Assembly: GCA_951406725.2 (NCBI GenBank)
Contig: OX597816.1
Coordinates: 90,706,001-90,770,000 of the forward strand
DNA: 64,000 nt
Direction: 5' to 3'
DNA from: Octopus vulgaris
Lineage: Eukaryota
Of this stretch, positions 11,421 to 23,652 are shown one piece after another. Position 1 is the first letter of the stretch; each line of letters opens with the position of its first letter. The position numbers and the translations under genes are program-made. A model generated the notes under the pieces. That model made no database searches. It saw nothing but the letters and a program-made list of their open reading frames with translations, and was not told the DNA's origin.

Positions 11421-11850
11421 TACTTTTCACACCTTAAAGGAAAAGTTATGTGGTACTCATATGAACCTATAATTATCAGGGAATATAACAATGTGAACTA
11501 GTATACAGACAAGCCATCAGAGAACACACAATAAGTCTGAAGTAATTTTCAGTGGCAAAAATAATAATAGTGTGCTAATAATGCATACTGCAATACCGAA
11601 TGATTATAATGTGAGCTTAGTTAAGGAGCTACACAGAGTAGCTATCAAATTAAATACATTATAGCAGTGAAGCAGTTGTCAGTCATTCCATATATAATTT
11701 GTACAACTGCAATAATAAACAATTTCTTCTATAAAGACGTCGACAAGTTAACTATGAGGATAGACAGAGCAAGTTCTAGAAGAGACGAGATGTAGTTAAT
11801 AAAGTGCATTTTGTTAAATCTTGAATACTTGGTTTATTTTTCCCAGATAT
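11420..11850 (+). mobile_element. Degenerate R4/Dong-like RLE fragment
   Basis: WYSYEP, YTDK, AIPNDYNVS and VIPYIICTT parallel WYNHHPE, HTDR, SIPCDHNIS and IPVIVG; flanked by (AAT)n. Confidence 0.55.
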
Positions 11851-11915
11851 ACTTTAATTTTGGCGTAGGAAATGAAATACTGATGTATTTCTCAAATTAT
11901 GAATAACAAATAACA

Positions 11916-11969
<54 letters not shown>

Positions 11970-11984
11970 AATAATAATAATATT

Positions 11985-12241
11985 TCGTTTTGGGATTTGG
12001 TTTGCAAGATTCTTTATATGGGTTCGTGTGTTGAAGAATATTCTGTTGTGTCTGGGGAGAGTCATTTTCTTTTTGTGCCTTATAATGTAACACACTCACC
12101 GGTAAAATTTCCGCTTATTTCTTATTAAAAAATAAAAGTAAGAAATAAGTGAAAATTTTACTGGTGAGTGTGTTTTTTACTGGTGAGTGTGTTACATTAT
12201 AAGGCACAAAAAGAAATGACTCCCGCCAGAAACAACAGAAT
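11985..12241. repeat. Fold-back (MITE-like) element
   Basis: 12040-12124 is an imperfect reverse complement of 12139-12241, which carries a ~19-bp internal duplication; a related copy lies at 30538-30650. Confidence 0.75.
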
Positions 12242-12732
12242 AATAATAATAGTTGTATGTAACACAAGCACATGACCTGCAGTTTGGCGGGAGAGGATTG
12301 GTTGATTATATTACTGTTAGATTTTAACTTGTACTTTATTCCATTGGCCCCGAAAATAATTAAAATCATAGACGACTTTGGAGGGATCTTAATTATGTAC
12401 ATAAAAAAACGAACCCCGCACCCCGAAAAAATAGGTATTTTCTCGACGATCTACCCTGTTAATCCACCTCCATTTATAATAGTAGAAATTACAGTAATAG
12501 TAGTTTAGAAACAATGACTTTTTTTTCTAAAACGGGCAGAAAACTATACATTTTAGTGAAGAATATATTCTATTAAGTGATCCTTGTATTTGACTGAATT
12601 ATTTTTTATAAACTCTTGACGCATAGAGAGGCGCAGTCGAACCCATCTTTATTTGAATTAAGAACGTAAGAGGACATAAGTAAATACTACAACATTTTGT
12701 TTGATGCTTTTCCTAATTTGAAACCCTATGCA

Positions 12733-12796
<64 letters not shown>
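12733..12796. repeat. (ACT)n microsatellite
   Basis: Direct reading. Confidence 0.97.
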
Positions 12797-13555
12797 AAGG
12801 AACATTAAAAGAAGAGACCGAGAGCATTATACTGGCAGTGCAAGACCAAGCTATAGCCACGAACCTTTGGAATGAGCAAGTGTCTCCGCTGTGTCGTATC
12901 TGTAATAGAGTGGATGAAACCATTGCCCATATCACAAACGAATGCCCTAGTCTTGCCCAAAATAACTACAAGTTATGGCAACATGATTAGGTAGCGAAAG
13001 TGCTACATTGGAAACTGTGCGAAAAGTGGGTGCTAGAGAGAGGCAAGACGCGGTATGAGCACAAACAGCAGAGATTGGCGGAGTCGGAGACTAGCAAAAT
13101 CCTCTGGGATTTCCCAATCCAAACAGATCAGGTGTTAGAGCATAACAGACCGGACTTAGTGGTGGTCGACAAGATGCACCACATGTGCTTTATAGTTGAT
13201 GTTGCATGCCACTTTGACCCACGAGTAGTGAAGAAGGAAGGCGAAACAACAAAATACAACCCTCTTAAGTATGAAATAGTCCGGCTATAGAAAATAAAGA
13301 AAGTGAAGATTGTGCCAATTATTGTTGGGTCCTTGGGGACAGTATCAGAAGGCATCAAAAGGAATATAAAGGAGATTGGAATAAAGCGTCCAGTAGAACT
13401 GTTACAAAAGGTTTGCCTCCTTTGCACGGTCAGAATAACCAGGAAAGTATTAGATAGTTGAAAAGAACAGACAGCATGGTACCGTAGGCTGCAGGTAGCA
13501 AATTACTACGTATGCAAGACTCCAGGAGTTCCAACAAAATCCATGATAAAAAGAA
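12797..13555 (+). mobile_element. 5'-truncated R4/Dong-like element (knuckle, RLE, 3' UTR)
   Basis: GTLKEETESIILAVQDQAIATN, CRICNRVDETIAHITNEC, QHD, ILWDFPIQTDQVLEHNRPDLVV..IVDVAC, VPIIVGSLG; ends in (AAT)n/(AAC)n. Confidence 0.88.
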
Positions 13556-13569
13556 ATAATAATAATAAT

Positions 13570-13608
<39 letters not shown>

Positions 13609-13632
13609 AATAATAATAATAATAATAATAAT

Positions 13633-14370
13633 TGGAGGGTCTAATCTGCGCTACCCAAGAGCAAGCACTAAGAACGAATTGCATCAAATACAGAATAGAA
13701 AACGCATTAGGAAGTTATAAGTGCAGAATTTGTGGACAAAATGGTGAAACCGTATGGCATATTACCAGTCAATGTACGCCAATAGCCCATAAAGAATATA
13801 AGAGACGTCATGACAATATAGCAACAATTGTTCATTGGACACCTTGCAACAAGTATGGACTTGAAATACAAAAAAGTGGTACGAACATAAACCCGAAGGC
13901 ATTATCGAAAATGATAATACAAAGATCCTATGGGATTTTATGATTCAGTGCGACCATGAAATAGAGAATAGGAAACCAGGCAGTGTTAATTGAGAAAGAA
14001 AGCAAACGATGGTAGATCATAGATATATCATGCCCAGCTGACTACAAGGTATGCCATAAGGAAGAAAGAAAAGTCGATAGATTTGACAAGTTAGCTTCGG
14101 AGGTTAAGAAGTTGCGGTCGATGAAAAAGGTGGTAGTAGTACCAATAATTGTCGGAGCTCTGGAAACAAGGGATAAAAATTTTGAGGAGTACATGCAACA
14201 AATTGGGGCTGCAATAAGGATGGAGCACTTTCTGAAAACAACACAGCTTGGAACCGCTTGGATACTCCGTATGGTGCTCGAAAAATAAAGGCTGTTACCT
14301 TAGTTCACTGGTAGTGAACAGTTGGTACCGTAGCACATCTCCAGCGTTAGAAGCTGTGCAAAGACAATAA
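13633..14370 (+). mobile_element. 5'-truncated R4/Dong-like element (different subfamily)
   Basis: EGLICATQEQALRTN, CRICGQNGETVWHITSQC, RRHD, ILWDFMIQCDHEIENRKP, IIDISCP, VPIIVGAL; flanked by (AAT)n on both sides. Confidence 0.88.
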
Positions 14371-14421
14371 ATAATAATAATGATGATGATGATGATGATA
14401 ATGATGATAATAATAATGATA

Positions 14422-14456
<35 letters not shown>

Positions 14457-14478
14457 AATAATAATAATAATAATAATA

Positions 14479-14632
14479 ATCCTTTCTGCTATGGACACAA
14501 GGCCTGAAATTTTGGGGAAGGAGGCTAATCGATTACATCGACCCCGTTGCGTAACAGGTATTTATTTCATCGACCCCGAAAAGATAAATGGCAAAGTCGA
14601 CCTCAGCTGTATTTGAACTCAGACTGTAAAGC
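14479..14632 (-). mobile_element. Meta-domain-like SINE 3' part with (ATT)n tail
   Basis: atcgaccccgaaaagataaatggcaaagtcgacctc is the reverse complement of the conserved domain. Confidence 0.75.
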
Positions 14633-14636
14633 AGGA

Positions 14637-14690
14637 AGTAGTAGTAGTAGTAGTAGTAGTAATAATAATAATAATAACAATAACAATAAC

Positions 14691-14740
<50 letters not shown>

Positions 14741-14805
14741 TAACAATAATAATAATAATTGTGGTGATGATGATGATGATAATGACGATGATGATGATCA
14801 TCATC
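14637..14805. repeat. Compound (GTA)n(AAT)n(GAT)n microsatellite
   Basis: Direct reading. Confidence 0.95.
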
Positions 14806-16049
14806 CAGAAGTACAAATATGTCTGAGAAAATATGTAGGTAAAATTATTCACAATTTCCGTATAAAGAATAAAAGTTTACATAAAGAAAGAAAAAACAAG
14901 AAAACAAATTACGAGAAATATAAAGTCAACTTAATGGATACTTTTGAAAAGATTACGTCTAGCGTATAGAGATAATGAACATGTTGTTCATTATCTTCGG
15001 AATGGAAATAATATTCTCATTGTTGACTTCATTGTTTATTGGATACACAACCAAAAAACTGCTTGAAATATACGGAGCTGAATACTTAAAAACTGTTGTT
15101 CATAATTAAATATTCATTCTAACACAGAATATTATAATGACCATTAAAACACTAACATTACGGGAAGAATTTATTACACTTAATCAAGAAATATTCCGTT
15201 AATAAATGCAATAAGCGAAAATTTATTTAGTTAAATCTGCACACAACATGAAAGTTAACCATATTACAACAGAAACAACGTAATTTTTATTGGCTTCGGT
15301 AACATTTGATAAAACAATCTAAGCCTACTATTTCTTACGTATCAAAATTTTAACAACGGTAAATGTCTAAATATAGAAATATTGGGTATAGAAGAAGAGC
15401 AAAAATAATCTTTAAAATTAATGTTGCAAGCTGTAAACGTTTCTCACAAAAATTACGTAAGTAATGTGTTTTCATAGATGCATATTAAGATCTCTCTTGT
15501 TACAAATTCTAGAGAGCATTAAGATGTTCTGTTTTTCTACCAGAAGGACGGAACATCTTATGTTTCCATTTTAGTGTTTATATCGTCGGTGCTTTCCTTT
15601 ACTGATCATCTATACAATGCTTTTAATCCACAAGATTTCTTTCGAGTCGGATGAGATGGGCGTAATATACACGTCAGCTTCTGCATAAGTTCTATGTAAT
15701 GTAATCGTCATGCTATCTTGTTTTAATCATAGATACTATTATATGATAACAGTCACCATTGCCATGGAATTACAATGCGAGATTATTTGCTTGTAGTTGT
15801 GCTATTTATAATTGTTAGAATGCAATGGTAAAGTTTTATTAAATATTGATCTTATCAATACTATTTCACCCGTTTTACCATTCAGATACTTTTAAGTAGA
15901 TTGAAAACCATTCAGTAATTTTTTACTATGAGAAATATAAACAATTTACTCGCTTATGGTTCCTAAAACCATATGTATATGTTTATAATTTCCATTCATA
16001 TTTATTACGACAAATTAATTGGAAAATATATTTTATAAGTCTATATATA

Positions 16050-16857
16050 CAGTCAACTCTCGCTACTATGCCAGTTTTGCGCGGCCAAATAATAAACAAA
16101 AAGTTTTTACTCTGCCGCCCTCCACTCTCGCTACTATGCCACTTGTAAACTGAAGCGCACGCAACTTTTCGAAATTTTGTACTCCTACATTTTGTACATT
16201 TCGTATTTGTAATCTTGTGGAAAAGTTCAGAAAGTAGCACACAATGTCAGCTCAGAAACACAAGCGGACTGAGTTAATGCTGAAGGAAAAGAAGGAGATT
16301 ATCGATGCTGCGAAAAACGTTATTGTCGGGCCCCTCGTATCATTAGTAATATCTGATACAAGTTATCGCCCCTTGTATTGTCCGACATGTTTCGCTCTAG
16401 AAGAAATAGCAAAGGAGGTAATGCATAACGAAGAGCCGGTGGAAAGTGAAGACGACGAGGTAATTGTGGAAGAGGAATACGTTTCGTTTGCAGATGCCCA
16501 GAGAGCATGCAGCACTATCCGAAAGTTTATGCAGCAGCAGAGCAGTGGAAAACCCAGCGTCATGCAGGCGTGTGATAGGCTAGACAACGAAATGAATGAA
16601 ATCCGCCGAAAGAAGATGCGTCAGCCGACAATTTTTGAGAGCTTCGGGATTAACTAAAAGCAATCTGAACTTAATAAACTTGGATGTCTTCTTTTTACCA
16701 TTGCATTGAACTTCTTATTGGCCTTACTTCCTACCCTATGAATTTTTATTCGTATGTTCAGTAAATTTTTGGTTATGTAGTGTTTAGATAGCAGACCCTC
16801 GGTACTATGCCACTTTGGCTCAGTCCCGCAGGGTGGCATAGTAGCGAGAGTTGACTG
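16050..16857 (+). mobile_element. Internally deleted pogo/Tigger-like DNA transposon
   Basis: Perfect 24-bp TIRs CAGTCAACTCTCGCTACTATGCCA / TGGCATAGTAGCGAGAGTTGACTG; TA on the left flank (AA on the right); subterminal TIR-like copies at ~16124 and ~16797. Confidence 0.88.
16244..16657 (+). CDS. 137-aa truncated pogo/Tigger transposase (start of N-terminal HTH fused to acidic C-terminus; no DDE domain)
   Basis: MSAQKHKRTELMLKEKKEIIDA resembles the start of the CENP-B/psq HTH; the acidic stretch, A..A..IRKF helix and terminal KKMRQPTIFESF resemble the pogo/Tigger C-terminus. Expression unknown. Confidence 0.6.
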   Translation: MSAQKHKRTELMLKEKKEIIDAAKNVIVGPLVSLVISDTSYRPLYCPTCFALEEIAKEVMHNEEPVESEDDEVIVEEEYVSFADAQRACSTIRKFMQQQSSGKPSVMQACDRLDNEMNEIRRKKMRQPTIFESFGIN

Positions 16858-19699
16858 AAGATGCATTTATGGGAAGAGAATATGGAGTGATAGTACATTT
16901 GCTTAACCACACTTATATGATGTAGAATTTAGTATAAGAAACAGAATTTATTCGCCATGTACAAAAAATCATGCTTTAAATAACCCCTTATACGATACAA
17001 AATTTATTTTTGCCATTGTTCAAAAGACATTTAAGACATAGAGCACTGTTTAGTTGAAATGAATTCGCTCACTATACTGTTTTTCTACACAATTCTTTCC
17101 CACAATTTTCTCATATAGGTGTAGAAGTATGAATATATAAGATAAACACGCGTATATATATACGCACATAATAAAATATCAGTTATGAAACTCTTATATA
17201 AAAAAAAGAAGATAATTTAAAGGAGAGCGGAGTGTTAAAAAAATGAGAAAGAAATAGAGATAGAAAAAAGCCATTAAGTGACCAACAGCACCTGTCAGGG
17301 AAACGACTGAAATATTCTCCAACAATAACCAATAAAATTGCCGTGCCAATACAAGACAGCAGTCACATTGGCAGGCCTATAAAATTTAGGTGCTTAGTAC
17401 TTATAGTCTCGTCCAAACTAACACCTGTCCTCATTACTGAAGTATTTGGCACACATTCTCAGTCAGTTTATCTTGGCAAAGCGTTTAATAATGAAATAAA
17501 AAGATTCAGTTCGGTTGCTTGGAATGCAGACCTCCATTGCTTAGCCCACCATAATGTCATTTTTATTCAATGGGATAACGGAAAGTTTTGATGCTGTTAG
17601 AATTTTTCTTTACATTCTTATCTTTCTGAATAGAATGTTTTGTTCTCTCCGTTTAAGTTTATTTATCAGAAACATTAGGTAAGTTTCTTAGTGTGTATGT
17701 GTGCGCGCATGTGTTTATTTATACATACATATAAACACATACACATGCATACTTAAATTCATACATACACACTTATTTATTATTTATATTTATTTAAGGC
17801 AACATTATATTAAACCTAAACGCAAATATAAAAGCTAAATTTGATCTTCAGCTTTGCTTTTCATTGAGAACATTCGATGTTTTGAAACAAAACACGACTT
17901 ATTTGTTCAGTAGAAAGTGTGGTTTGTAATAGAGTAATGGTAGTTTTACATTGACTGTAGATAATAATACATCTCTGTCTACATCAGTATTACATATACT
18001 GACTTCTTTCTGAAGTACTGGGTTTCAAATTTATTGAAGTGGTGAGTCCTAAAATGAACTGAATATTTCGTCTTTGCATGCCCTGTCAACGGCAAGATCG
18101 TTTGGTAGACTCTATCCTCCCTGAAGCTCACCGAAAAAAATCATTAAAATTTTGGTGCTGTCAATTCTTACATTGGGAAAGTGTTCAAATTCTGCAGAAG
18201 CTACGATTTACTACAATGGAGACTGGGTCTTTCGACAATTGTATTGATGATACAATGCAGAGCTGATAGAACTGACCCGGTATGCTCTCTCGACAATTTT
18301 TAGAAGAAAGGGATGCGATCGAGATTCTTGTTTTTACCAAGAGCAGGAATTGGCTTTTGTTGAAATAGAAACCGCACCAGAGAATCGGTCTGATGGAAGC
18401 TGACTTTTTGCACTGTGGTGCTCATAACTTATTTTATGCATAAAGCTAACATTGAGAAACTGAAACTTTACACTTTCAAACGATGTAATAAGCCAAGATA
18501 TTTGAAAAATTGAAATTTAACGTCTCGTTTATGCAGCAAAATCTAAAAAGTGTTACATCATAATGTTTATTTCATTTTGTGATTCTGTCTTTATAAATCG
18601 TCACTAGATTTTTAGACTGCCCAGAATCATCTTTTTCTTAAGGCTAGTGTAAAAAAGAAAATATTATTGATTTCTTTAACATGTAAATACAATAATGAGT
18701 TGAATCCGCTCGTCTATTCTAATCATGTAGTGTATTCAGGTTGATTATTTGCATCCAGTATATATTTTCCAATTGTGTACAATTGTTACAATCAGCAGTA
18801 AAACTGTAGATTCTTAAATGAAATTTCATTAATTGGCATTGTAGGCCATACTATTGACTCAAAGAGTAAATCACAGGAATCGATATTTGCCAGCAACAAA
18901 TTGGGAAGATATTCAAATGCACTTTACTAGATTAACGCAACAAAAGCTGAGATAAATTTTGTAGATACATAATCTTGCCTAGTTCGAAATTTAAACAAAG
19001 GGCACGAATGTAAAACTTTCTTACAAATTGGAAGAGAAGTAAAACTTTTCACAACAGCATGATATTTTTAAATAATGATTTCCTTCAAACATGAAGATCA
19101 GATGTATTTATATAATATCCGGCTATTCTAGGGTCAATCCTAAAAATTCTTCTGCAATAGCGTTGAACGTGGTATGAAGTGAAGTTAACCACCCCAAATC
19201 AACTTCACATATTGTTTCAATATGACTGTTCAAAATATCAGAAACATACTCAGAGATTTGACTGTCTATAAGAAATATTAACCAGAGATCTAGAATATTT
19301 CTTGAGTAAATGAAGTTCCACTTATCTCTCTTTATATTTAAAATCATCAACACAGTATATCTGTACTAAAAGAGTTCTTGAGAAAGTGCTCTCTTCTCAG
19401 ATAAGAGTCGATAGCTATTTCTATTTAAAACTTGAATTAGAAATACTGCACATTGTAGTCTCTTTGATATTTTCAATGTAAACGCCAATGGTACAAATAC
19501 ACTTACTGAGTTTACTGATTAACAAGGTTGGAGATTATTTCATTCATAATAAGAGTTAATATATGGCTACAATATTGTTCTTATACACACTAACTTTAGC
19601 TTCCTCCTTCTCTTTTCTCTATTGTATGTGAGACTACCTAAGAGTCAATGTATTTTTTTTTTTTTTACATTGCATTGTATATATATATATATATATATA

Positions 19700-20126
19700 G
19701 GCGTAGGAGTGGCTGTGTGGTAAGTAACTTGTTTACCAACCACATGGTTCCGGGTTCAGTCCCACTGCATGCGCCTTCGACAAGTGTCTTCTACTATAGC
19801 CTCGGGCCGACCAAAGCCTTGTGAGTGGATTTGGTAGACGGAAACTGAAAGAAGCCCGTCGTATATATGTATATATATGTATATACATATGCGTGTGTAT
19901 ATGTTTGTGTGTCTTTGTTTGTGCCCCCAACATCACTTGACAACCGATGCTAGTGTGTTTAAGTCACCGTAACTTAGCGGTTCAGCAAAAGAGACCGATA
20001 GAATAAAAGTACTAGGCTTACAAAGAATAAGTCCTGGGGTCGATTTGCTCGACTTAAGGCGGTGCTCCAGCATGGCCACAGTCAAATGACTGAAACAAGT
20101 AAAAGAGTAAAAGAGAGAGTAAAGAG
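19700..20126 (+). mobile_element. tRNA-derived SINE with internal (TA/TG)n microsatellite, full length
   Basis: Head ggcgtaggagtggctgtgtggtaag...gggttcagtcccac, internal microsatellite, tail gactgaaacaagtaaaagagtaaaagag; other copies at 22115, 22793, 31510, 36585 and 55870. Confidence 0.88.
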
Positions 20127-20216
20127 TATATATATATAAGAATTTTTTGCGTAATAAGATAAAAAAAACCAAGGCTGTACAGATATTAGAGCATTTATAG
20201 ATAGAAGTCTTACAGC

Positions 20217-20268
<52 letters not shown>

Positions 20269-21632
20269 AAACAGTTATGCGTTCAAACAGTTGCAGCACA
20301 CAACGTCCCAGTATTTCACAACTCTAATTAAACTACCCAAATAATGTTTTTCACTTTTATTTTTATATTCGATAAAAGAAACTGAAGTACTTCAGATAAA
20401 TACTTGATATTTTTTCTGCAAAGTTACATGAGAAGAAATACAATACAGTTGTTTTAATATAATTACAAAATTGATAAAACATCTCCCAGAAAACCTAAAA
20501 GTTTTTAAACTTTTGTTTTACGAAATGTTGGGTGAGTATTTGATAAAAATGATTGATAAACATCTTCCATTTGTAAATCTTGTGTTCATGACTACCTCAA
20601 TCGGCAACTACTAAGAGCCAGTCAGTATTATATTTGTATTTTCTCCATGTTTGTACAATTATTTTGGGAAGCAAAAATGTGCTGACATTAGTAATTGACA
20701 TGTAGAAAGTGAAGGTTTTTGCAATTGAATACTTTCTTTCTATGAGACTTTCGTTATTGTGTACTTGTGATCGGAGTTCTGCAACACTGAAACCAATAAG
20801 TTAGTATTCTGAACAATCATTTTTATGACTTCTTTGACCTATTTCTACTTTATATACAGACGTTGTTGGGATATTCTGGAAAATGACGACAAAGATGACG
20901 ACAAAGCTAAGTGGCAGTCAGGGGGAAATAAAGTGGGATCCTAATTTGAAGTAGATTGCACTAAATGAAAGTAATTACACACTGCACTACATTGGAGACA
21001 AATTAATATTGTGTTGGAAAAAATATTTAATTGCAAAAATTAATAGGCAAGTAGATAGAGTCGAGGACACGGAAGAGAATGCGAGTATTTATTTATTTTG
21101 CTATGTGTCTCGATTATATCACTCTTTGCATAATGAATTACACACAAACACACACATGCACGCGCGTATGCATATGTGCATGAGTGTTTTTAGCTGACAA
21201 AAACGTTATTAAATAACCAGAAAAGAATGCGAAATCAGCTATGGTTTTCTGATCAAAGGTGTTACGAAACGATGGATCCACAAATTTGATAGTAGAAGTT
21301 AAGTCCGATTGTATAACTTGCAACAAGAACCCTTCGTAACAATTTTGCAAACGTAGATAGTAGTTCTCCATAGCAAATACTTCTTATCTCTGAATTAAGC
21401 CAACCAACAACTGTGTTCCTTTATGCGCTCTTTTCTCTAAATGAAATATATAAGTGCATACTGTTTATAATAAGCATTAATTTTTTTCATGTTTGCTTAT
21501 TACTATTACTATTGTTGCTTTGTTGATGCGATTTGTTGATGCCACAAATAATAATAAAAACAATAAGGTAGATATTACACGAAATATTCTTAAAACCTCC
21601 AAGTTAACGCATGCATACAGGGAATTACTGCG

Positions 21633-21670
<38 letters not shown>

Positions 21671-21789
21671 CAATAAATGGTGGGGTTGTGTTGACTGCAC
21701 GTGGAGAAATGATAGAAGAGGAATATATAATTATTATAATTTTTCCTCTCCTATATATATATATATATATATATGTAGAGTTCAATAGT

Positions 21790-22112
21790 GAGTTAGGGAC
21801 CTTAGATCAGAAAAGGATCTGAGCTCTTTCAGCCAAATATAGCCTACATTTATTTGATCCATTGACATAAGGTATGGATTTTTCAATTATTTTTCACTTA
21901 ATAACATGTGGTGCTACGTTAGATTTAAAATTCCATACGTGGTTAGCCAACTTAGTAACTTTGCTTTTGTCCTTATGTCGGAAGGAGGCTATGTGATTGG
22001 CATAACGATATTTAAATTCTCCTTCACATAATCCAATATAAGTATTCTTACCTGTTGTATTATCATCTAGAGTTGCAGTAACTTCTGCCTCGTATATGAC
22101 AGATTTAATCAT
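21790..22112 (-). mobile_element. Penelope-like element GIY-YIG endonuclease fragment
   Basis: VIYEAEV...YIGLCEGEFKYRYANHIASFR..TKLANHVW..IK*KII..PY....CRLYLAE matches the Penelope/Neptune-type GIY-YIG pattern. Confidence 0.82.
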
Positions 22113-22114
22113 AC

Positions 22115-22196
22115 ATTGCCCAAGGTGTCACGCAGTGGGACTGAACCCGGAACCATGTGGTTGGTAAGCACGTTGCCCACAGTCACTCCTGCGCCT
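22115..22196 (-). mobile_element. SINE head (19700 family)
   Basis: Reverse complement of ggcgcaggagtg...ggttcagtcccactgcgtgacaccttgggca. Confidence 0.8.
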
Positions 22197-22289
22197 ATAT
22201 ACAGACAAACATTCAAAATATCGTGACTTTCCTGTCGTAGATGACAGCAGGGATATCTTCATTTGCTACATTAGTTCTCTCCGTCTCAT

Positions 22290-22470
22290 TAATCGTTTGT
22301 GCTGTAGATTAGTTCATTTCCTCTATCAAATCGACATTGCTGTGCCGCATGTAAGATGTCAAAGTAATTGCAGAGAAAAGTGAGATGAAGTGTTTTGCTC
22401 AAGAACACAACGCACCGAAACTACTACCTTGCGATCGTTAGTGCAACACTCTAATTACTAAGCCACGTGC
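22290..22470 (-). mobile_element. Degenerate CORE-like SINE
   Basis: aagtgttttgctcaagaacacaacgcac...gcgatcgttagtgcaacactctaattactaagcca resembles 10980-11078. Confidence 0.6.
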
Positions 22471-22561
22471 ATATATATATATATATATATATATATTGAT
22501 AGATAGAGATAGAGATAGAGGAGTATGAGAGAGATAAATAATAGAAACGTGTATGTATTAT

Positions 22562-22647
<86 letters not shown>

Positions 22648-22648
22648 A

Positions 22649-22730
<82 letters not shown>
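22562..22730. repeat. (TCTA)n microsatellite
   Basis: Direct reading. Confidence 0.98.
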
Positions 22731-22792
22731 ATGTATATATATATATGTTTCATAAGTATAATGTATATGCATGTATACGTATGTATATTCAT

Positions 22793-22950
22793 ACGACGGG
22801 CTTTTTCAGTTTCCATCTACCAAATCCACTCACAAGGCTTTGGTTGGCCCGAGGCTATAGTAGTATACACATGCGCAAGGTGCCACGCAGTGGGACTGAA
22901 CCCGGTACCATGTGGTTGGGAAGCAAGTTTGTTACCACACAGCCACGCCT
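22793..22950 (-). mobile_element. SINE 5' half (19700 family)
   Basis: Reverse complement of 19700-19862. Confidence 0.85.
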
Positions 22951-23652
22951 ATCATTTCATCACGAAATATACTGTGATGATTTATCTCTGGTACCCTATT
23001 TGATTTTGACTAAATGAACTTAATCAAAAAAAAATCTGATTACATTACACCAGACTGTATCTCCCTGTTTACTCACTGCATTATATTTTTTCTATCTACT
23101 CACACTATTATAGGACAACTTTAATATACAAGCAATTGAATAAATAAATGGGAGTAAAATATGTATTTTGTTTGATGCACGACGATTTTGTTATCCATAC
23201 ATTATTTTAAAAACCAAACTCTAATCACCGAAAGAGATTCGTAGCTGTCAGCTGGAATTGCAATAGTTTATATTAAAAGTTTTCCAGCTTTAGCTTTGTT
23301 TAATAAATGATTAATGAAGAAGGTTGTTGCTCCTGTATTGTTTAGCCCCAGATCAGCCTTAATCGAGTAAACCTATGACCAAAGGTATTTCAGTCATGAT
23401 CACCCCTCAGTATGCAGACATTACATATGTACGCCTAGAATATCCAATGACTTTGTTTACTTCTTTTAATCGTTAGGTTGTGATTAGGAGTGGGCTGTAG
23501 GTCGTACGAAAGAAGGATCCCCGTTTGGTTGGGTCATCGATTCTTGATATTTGATGTGTCCACTCATGAGATAAATATTTTTTCGCACAAGATCACATGT
23601 GTATAGGGAATTGAATACTGAGGATTAAATATATATAATATATCCGAGTATA

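Noticed and set aside
14810-15600. A-rich stretch that might be a decayed Penelope-like ORF
   Set aside because: No motif could be read with confidence.
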